NCBI GenBank assembly: GCA_036172245.1
Contig: JAYWIR010000022.1
Span: 2,294,001 to 2,358,000, forward strand
Direction: 5' to 3'
Origin: Raillietiella orientalis
Lineage: Eukaryota
Length of the DNA: 64,000 bases
A program made the translations under genes and the position numbers. Shown piece by piece: positions 57,901-64,000 of the stretch (its first letter is position 1; every line of letters starts with the position of its first letter). The notes below the pieces were generated by a model, which saw only the letters and a list, made by a program, of their open reading frames with translations, had not been told where the DNA came from and made no database searches.

Positions 57901-60483
57901 GACCGACTCGAAGGAGGGACACGGGGTGGGAGGAGTGCCAGCGTCGGAGTTAGGCGGGAGGCTCTTCGAAGGGCCGAGGACCACGAAAGATGCGCGCGCC
58001 ATGTTGCAGGCCGTCCTTCCCGACCCGCTGCTGCCGCCTCGCTTCTGTCTCCAGCGACCTGGTCACGGGAAACCTTCGGCGCACGAAGATCTTCACGGGG
58101 GCTGAAGTGGACCGGTAGGAAGAGGAGGAGCCTTCCATCAAAGGAAGATTCCAGCCCTCCGAGAGTCAGCGGCCCGGCTGGAAGAAGGAATGACCACGTC
58201 TCGCATCTTTTGAAAGGGACTGCGTGGGGCGCAGTTTCCGGGGTGACGTCTCGCGCGGTTCCAGACGCTCCCGACAGCGATCCGAAGAGGAAAGCAAGCA
58301 GGCCGAGGAAGGTTGCCGAGGAAACGCCTGGGGCTGCGTCCGCCGGGCACAGTCGTCCGAACACGAAGGGTGGGGTCCGCGTTCCGGGAAGGACCTCGCG
58401 CATCTCGCCGCGAGGTCTTCCGTGCTTCCGCTCGCCTCTTCGCTCCCGAGACTCCGTCCGCTGGGGACCGCGGTCACAAAGAGCTGGAAGGATGGGGCAC
58501 TGCTTCTTTGGGGGTGGAGGGAAAGGGTGCGCGAGGCACGGCGGCGGTTTCCTCCTCCTTGCTTCACGCAAGAGCCGTCGCTTGCCGACCGCTCTTTCCC
58601 GGCGAACGGAGCTCGCCGACCGTCGTGGGGAACCGTCGTGCGGTAGGTCGGAATTCCGCGCCGAAAGCATCCTGCCGGGGCCATCAAGAATTCCCCAGAA
58701 GGGACTGCCGCCTTCATCGGCGATGACCGTTGGAAGCAAGCTTGGGCGAGTAGGGTGCTCCGCCGAGTCGCATGGCAACGGAGTGACACGGTCTCGAAGG
58801 CGCGGTAGATGGAGCGTCCGCTGACAACTCGTGCTCGACTTCCGCCGCTCTTGCAGCAGTTTGGGATATGAAGTCGAAGCGAAGGGAGCCAGGAGCGACC
58901 TTTCCTTTCTCAGCCTCCTCCTCAGGGAGGGAAACCATCAAAATTCCGCCGCTGCCTCAACTGGATGTTCCAGGAACGGGAAGGGCCGAGAAGGGAAGGA
59001 TCCTAATAGGAGACGTCGAAGGAGAGATCACCACCATCCGCGTTTCCGGAAGCGAAGGCAAGAGGCCATGCCGGCTCGAGCGAACCGAGTGGGCACTCTA
59101 TGGCTTTCTCTTCCCGTGCCTGCAAATTTCCTCCCAATCGATTCCCTTCCAAATTCCCACTCTTGAATCAGCATTTAGGATCTCTTTAGTCTGGCAGCTT
59201 TTGTGGATTAGGAAGCCATCAGACCTCATCCGAACAATGCAGGAGTCTGAAATTCCCTTTAAAAAGTGATGGCAGTGCTACGGAGGGAGGGGATAGTGCT
59301 CGGAATGTTAAAGGCAAAAACGTTTCCCGAATCCCTGAAGTCGTATCATTGTGGACTGGGAAAGTTTCGATACAGTCGTAAGTGGGGCATAAAAATGACC
59401 TCCCAGCAGTGCGATCCTAAGAAGAAGAAGGCAAAAAAGAAAAAAAAAAGAGAGAAACTGCTGCAGCTGCATCAGACATTAGCTCCGGAGGACGTGCACG
59501 AAATACAACCAAAGGGCATCGGGAGCTCCGTGCTTGGGTCAGCGCTGAAATCATTCTGTAGGTAAGCCGTGTTGCATGGAGCCTGAAGTGGCATAATTCG
59601 CTCCGTAGCGAAGATATCGGGGTGGTGGTGAAGGGAGGAGTTGCCACCCTCGCTCGACTCCGGGCTTGCATAAAATCATCGGGGCTTCCGTGCAAGCAAC
59701 CTGGATTTTTTTCGTCCCTGCTGAAAGCATCGGAAGGAACGCTCGGTGTTTTTCGCAAGCTCAAAGACGGCACGAACCTTCTGGTGAAAGTGTGCTCGCC
59801 GAGCCATGAATCGACAGGGGGGGGGGAGAAAAAGAAAAAAAAAACAAAAACAAAATCAAACACTGGAATGGCAATAAAAGAAAAAGTACAGGCAAAGTGG
59901 GATTTATTTGTTTTGGAGTGCGAAATCAAAAACCTTTGATTTAAAATGAATTCGACCGCTCCAGCTGAGATCCTGCATACAACTTAACATGCAATACGCC
60001 CTCGAACCCGCTGATTTGCTCGAAAACGTAATCGTGGAGCACGCTCGTTAAAAACACATAACACCTCCACCGTACACGCTCTGTACATTTTTTTTTTTTT
60101 TTCTTCCCCCCTCCCCTCCTCCCACTGTACTCATCCCGTAAGCTCCATGACGCGCATACTTTTCCACTCCGTTGTGCGCACCCCGCGCTCGTATTGCCTG
60201 TGCTTATTTTGCCCATACGTGTGTGTCCGTGTCCTGTGTACACGTGAAGAGTACACGTCTGCAAAAAGCTCCGAGGCTGCGTCTCGATAGTATACGCCTA
60301 TCGCCGTATCTCTGTACTTTGGACGACCGTGTGGTCTGCGTGTACTCATCACGGAAGCACGGGCCAAAGCAAAACGTTCCTCGCATCCGTCCAGCTCCAG
60401 AGCTGCTGAACGATTGTGCATCCTCCGCAGATCGAGCCGTCTCCCTGCATTCTTGCGGACGGAGGCTGTGATGCTCCGATCCC

Positions 60484-60498
60484 GTGTGTGTGTGGTGT

Positions 60499-60545
<47 letters not shown>

Positions 60546-60548
60546 TGT
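60484..60548. repeat. (GT)n microsatellite upstream of unkempt
   Basis: Directly visible interrupted GT run. Confidence 0.95.
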
Positions 60549-60843
60549 GCTACGCGTTCCGTTTGCAGCTTCCTGCATTCTTCGATGTGCAATGGGGGGG
60601 GGGGAGTCCGAAAAAAAAGAAAAAAGAAAAAAATCGATGGACATTCGTGGTTTCCCGAATCCTGGAGGACACCCCCCGGGGTCCCACCGGTGCTGATAAT
60701 CTCGAGAGCAACAATTAGGCACGTGAGGGGAAGCTGCGGGACGAACGATCCGGTTGAGCTCCATAATAGATCACGGAGAAGAGCAGCAGCGTATCAGTTG
60801 CTCTCTGCAATGGCGGATCGAGTGGTTGTGCGAGGAGGGACGT

Positions 60844-60872
60844 GCAGCAGCAGCAGCAGCAGCAGCAGCAGC
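60844..60872. repeat. (CAG)n trinucleotide repeat upstream of the unkempt start codon
   Basis: About nine GCA/CAG units; a possible 5' UTR donor AAG|GTACGC follows at ~60920. Confidence 0.9.
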
Positions 60873-61055
60873 TCTTCCGGAGCAGTCATCATGTACGTTG
60901 TTTCAGATGCAGCAGCAAGGTACGCCTGAACCTCGGCAACTATGAGACCGATCGTCCCCCAGTGGACTGCGAGGCCGCATGGAGACTGCAATTCGTCGTC
61001 GGTTTCTGTTTCCGTGAATAAGTGGAAGGAAAAATCAACCGGTGGCGTTTGAAGG

Positions 61056-64000
61056 ATGGTCGAGCTAGACTCGGAAATGGTAATCCCTGTCATGAATGAC
61101 ATTCCCCCAGATGTGAAGCACATGCTGGCCACACCAGCCGAGCAGCCTTTGCACTACACGTAAGTGTACTTCTTGTGGGATGGGTTTTTTTCTTTTCTTT
61201 TTGTTGTTGTTGTTGTTGTTTTTCCCCTCCTCCTCCTGCCTCTTACCTCCCCCCCCCCACTTTTTTTTTTTTTGCCCCTCTTATCCTGCCTGTGGAATGA
61301 AACAAACCGAACGCAGGCGATTGGCAAAGTGGCGTCTTGTGTGACTTTTTGCAGCACCGTGGCGGCAGTTTGCTGATTGCCAATCGAGGATGCCTTCCCC
61401 TTGGGTCTGTTACAATGTATGAAAAGAAGTTCACCGCGTGTTCCCGTTGTTTCATTGCATTTGCAAATTGCTTGCTGATGGTGTCTGTGCCCCCCCCCCC
61501 GCCTCCTCCCCCTCTTTTTTTTTTCCCCCTTTTTTCCCCCTCTCTCTCCTCCCCCGTGCAGGCGCACGAATTTTTCGCCAATTTTTGCAGAACGGGGAAG
61601 AACGAGAAATCCTTCTTCCAGGCTGCTGCTGCTGCTGCTATGTAAATAAAGTGGGAAGATGGTCCTGCTTGATCAATGCGCACGCTTTCCTTTTGTCACT
61701 GATCTCCTCCAAGCATGCTTTTGGAATATTTCATCCCGAAAAAATCCATTTCGAAATGTTCTGAATGGATTTCGGTAAGGATGAAAGCATTGCACGTTTT
61801 CAAGTGGTGTGGCAAACGTGCAGAAAGTGCCGTTTTTTTTTTTTTTTTTTTAACCCGCCAGCCAGAATGTGAAAAGTTCTTGCAGATTTTCGGTTTTTGG
61901 AAAAACTGAAAATCGCCCATAAAGCAGCAGCAGCAACAGCAACAACAAAAAAAAGCAACCCAAAAATCATTTCCTTTTCAGTACTGTCATCTGAAATGCA
62001 ACAAGCAAATTATGCCCATGCATGCTTTTTCTTTTCCAATATGTATGATGTCTCCAATTTTATTTAAGATATCTCAGCAAGTTCCGTGTGGAGCAATGCC
62101 AGTTGTTTGTGCAACACAAGTGCACTCAGCACAAGCCATATACATGTTTCAATTGGCATTTTCTGAACCAGCGCCGCCGGCAATCTATTCGCAAGCCAGA
62201 TGGTACATTTAATTATAACCATGATATCTACTGCAACAAATATGATGAAAGTGCTGGGATCTGTGAAGATGGAGAAGAGTAGGTTGCAGAGTGAAACACA
62301 GTTTACTGTCCAATTGCATACTTCCTTAAGGTGTCCATTTTTGCATCATACAGCTGGTGATACTGAGAGGAGATACCATTTACGCTATTATAAGACTGCC
62401 ATGTGCTCCTATGATACTGACTCCCGTGGATTTTGTGTGAGGAATGGGCAGCACTGCGCTTTTGCCCATGGCATGCAAGATTTGAGATCTCCAGTATATG
62501 ATATCCGGGAATTGAAGATGCTGGAAAAAAAAGATCCTAATGATGGATGCTGCAACACCCTGGATAAGGAAAGAAGTCTTGCTTCAGATGACAAAAGATG
62601 GGAAGGTAAGATTCATGAGAATAATTGTAGATTTATTTGGCCAAAAATGGAACCAATAATTTGCTCTTCATTGGATAAAATTTTTTTAGACTCAACTTTT
62701 GTACTGGCCAACTATAAAACAGAATCATGTAAAAAGCCTCCTCGCTTGTGTCGGCAAGGCTATGCTTGCCCTCAGTATCATAACAACCGAGACCGTAGAA
62801 GGAATCCTCAAAAGTACAAGTATCGGTAAGTGAAAATGGATTTCAACAGCTTTTCAGGACCTGATTTGCAGGTCTACTCCTTGCCCCAACGTCAAACAAG
62901 ATGACTGGGGAGATCCTGTGGCATGTGAAAATGGAGATGCTTGTCAGTATTGTCACACTCGGACGGAACAGCAGTTCCATCCTGAGATCTACAAGTCTAC
63001 TAAATGCAATGATATGCTCCAGTCCAAGTTTTGCCCACGTAGTGTTTTCTGTGCTTTTGCACATGTGGATGGTATACCTAGGAATGTTGCTAAATGCTAT
63101 GCTGTGCTCTTGTTTTTCAGAAGAAATACTTGTGTCGCGTTCTTTGATACAGACAGAGCATACTAGACTGGCTGATTTGCTAACATCTGCATTACCTGCT
63201 TCTCTGGTCAAAGAGAAAGAAAAATCACAGAGTAACGATGGAGATATGCTCAAATGCAGCAGCAATCCTATTAGTGATGTGAGTGATGCTGCTAAGCAGT
63301 CCTGTCTTAAATGTTTCTGGCAGACCTGCAGCAAAATTAGTACCTCACACTTCCCTGGAGATTTGGATTTATCTGCACCTGTATTGGATCTGAGACAAGT
63401 GCCTTTTGGACGTGTAGTTGGTGCAGAAAGAGAAGAAGTGCGTAAACAAACATTTTATCTAAAGCTTAATTACTGTTTTGTGGTTTTAGCTTCTTAGTAA
63501 CCGTGCCGGATCAGGAGAAGCAGATGTGACAGACTGCCTTGACAAAAACCGGTTGGTTTCTGGATCTGGTAAAGAGATTTTACTCCACAGGCATCTGTCA
63601 GAAGGCATGGACTATCTGCTAGGTAAGGGTTGGGTTTGTGCCGCCTCTCAGCTGCTGTGTGCAGGCAATTCTCTCAAGGAGATAAGTCTGGAAGATCCTT
63701 GTTCCTTGTGGTCCTGCTCAGACCGAGATCCAGATGCACAGTCAGGTAGGGAATGAAAGTTGTGTTCTAATTTGTTTGCCTAGGTTTCTTGAATGGCTCA
63801 TCTCCAGTAAACATTCCTGGTAGTGGGTTGAGACGCCATCATGCAAGTGGTGGCATCACATCTCCAGCAACAAATTCACCACTGGTGTCAGCAGGCACAG
63901 TGTTGTCACAGACATCATGTTCAGCCACTTCTGCAGTGTGGAATAAGGGAAGTCCAACTCAGTTTGCTATCCTCAATGAACTGCAACGACTTCGTGAAGA
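61056..64000 (+). CDS. unk: Unkempt-family tandem CCCH zinc-finger RNA-binding protein, 5' part (continues beyond the window)
   Basis: Exons 61056-61159, 62069-62278, 62331-62605, 62690-62825, 62872-63071 and further: EQPLHYTYLSKFRVEQCQLFVQHKCTQHKPYTCFNWHF...ECPFLHHTAGDTERRYHLRYYKT...YKTESCKKPPRLCRQGYACPQYHN...RSTPCPNVK...CHTRTEQQFHPEIYKSTKCND, matching Unkempt/UNK/UNKL. Confidence 0.95.

Noticed and set aside
52648..58824. Very long ORFs (588, 519, 392, 507, 390, 361 aa)
   Set aside because: They overlap in several frames, are Arg/Pro/Gly-rich, run through homopolymers and microsatellites, and show no recognisable domain. This is expected from stop-codon scarcity in very GC-rich, probably TE-derived DNA.

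Overview
Eukaryotic (metazoan) genomic DNA with many very short GT-AG introns (39-52 nt); the taxon cannot be fixed from sequence alone. An AT-rich, CpG-poor block (~6.9-23.1 kb) holds three conserved spliced genes: cytochrome b5 reductase 4 (minus strand), ribosomal protein L37 and succinate dehydrogenase flavoprotein A (both plus strand). An Unkempt-family CCCH zinc-finger gene starts at ~61.06 kb and runs off the window. Most of the rest is GC/CpG-rich and is a dense nest of decayed L1/Tx1-type non-LTR retrotransposon pieces (APE, RT and C-terminal CCHC-like motifs), plus one Utopia/NeSL-like RT fragment. Main hunt results: (1) the LINE 3' UTR carries a covarying RNA module (H-type pseudoknot, hairpin, terminal hairpin) and no long poly(A) tail; (2) its putative 5' region begins with a tRNA-like head followed by tandem 40-43 nt hairpin repeats; (3) a 1.3-kb duplication shows asymmetric CpG loss in the copy inside SDHA, consistent with gene-body methylation. 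All alignments, counts and folds were done by eye, TE boundaries are approximate, and novelty has not been checked against databases.
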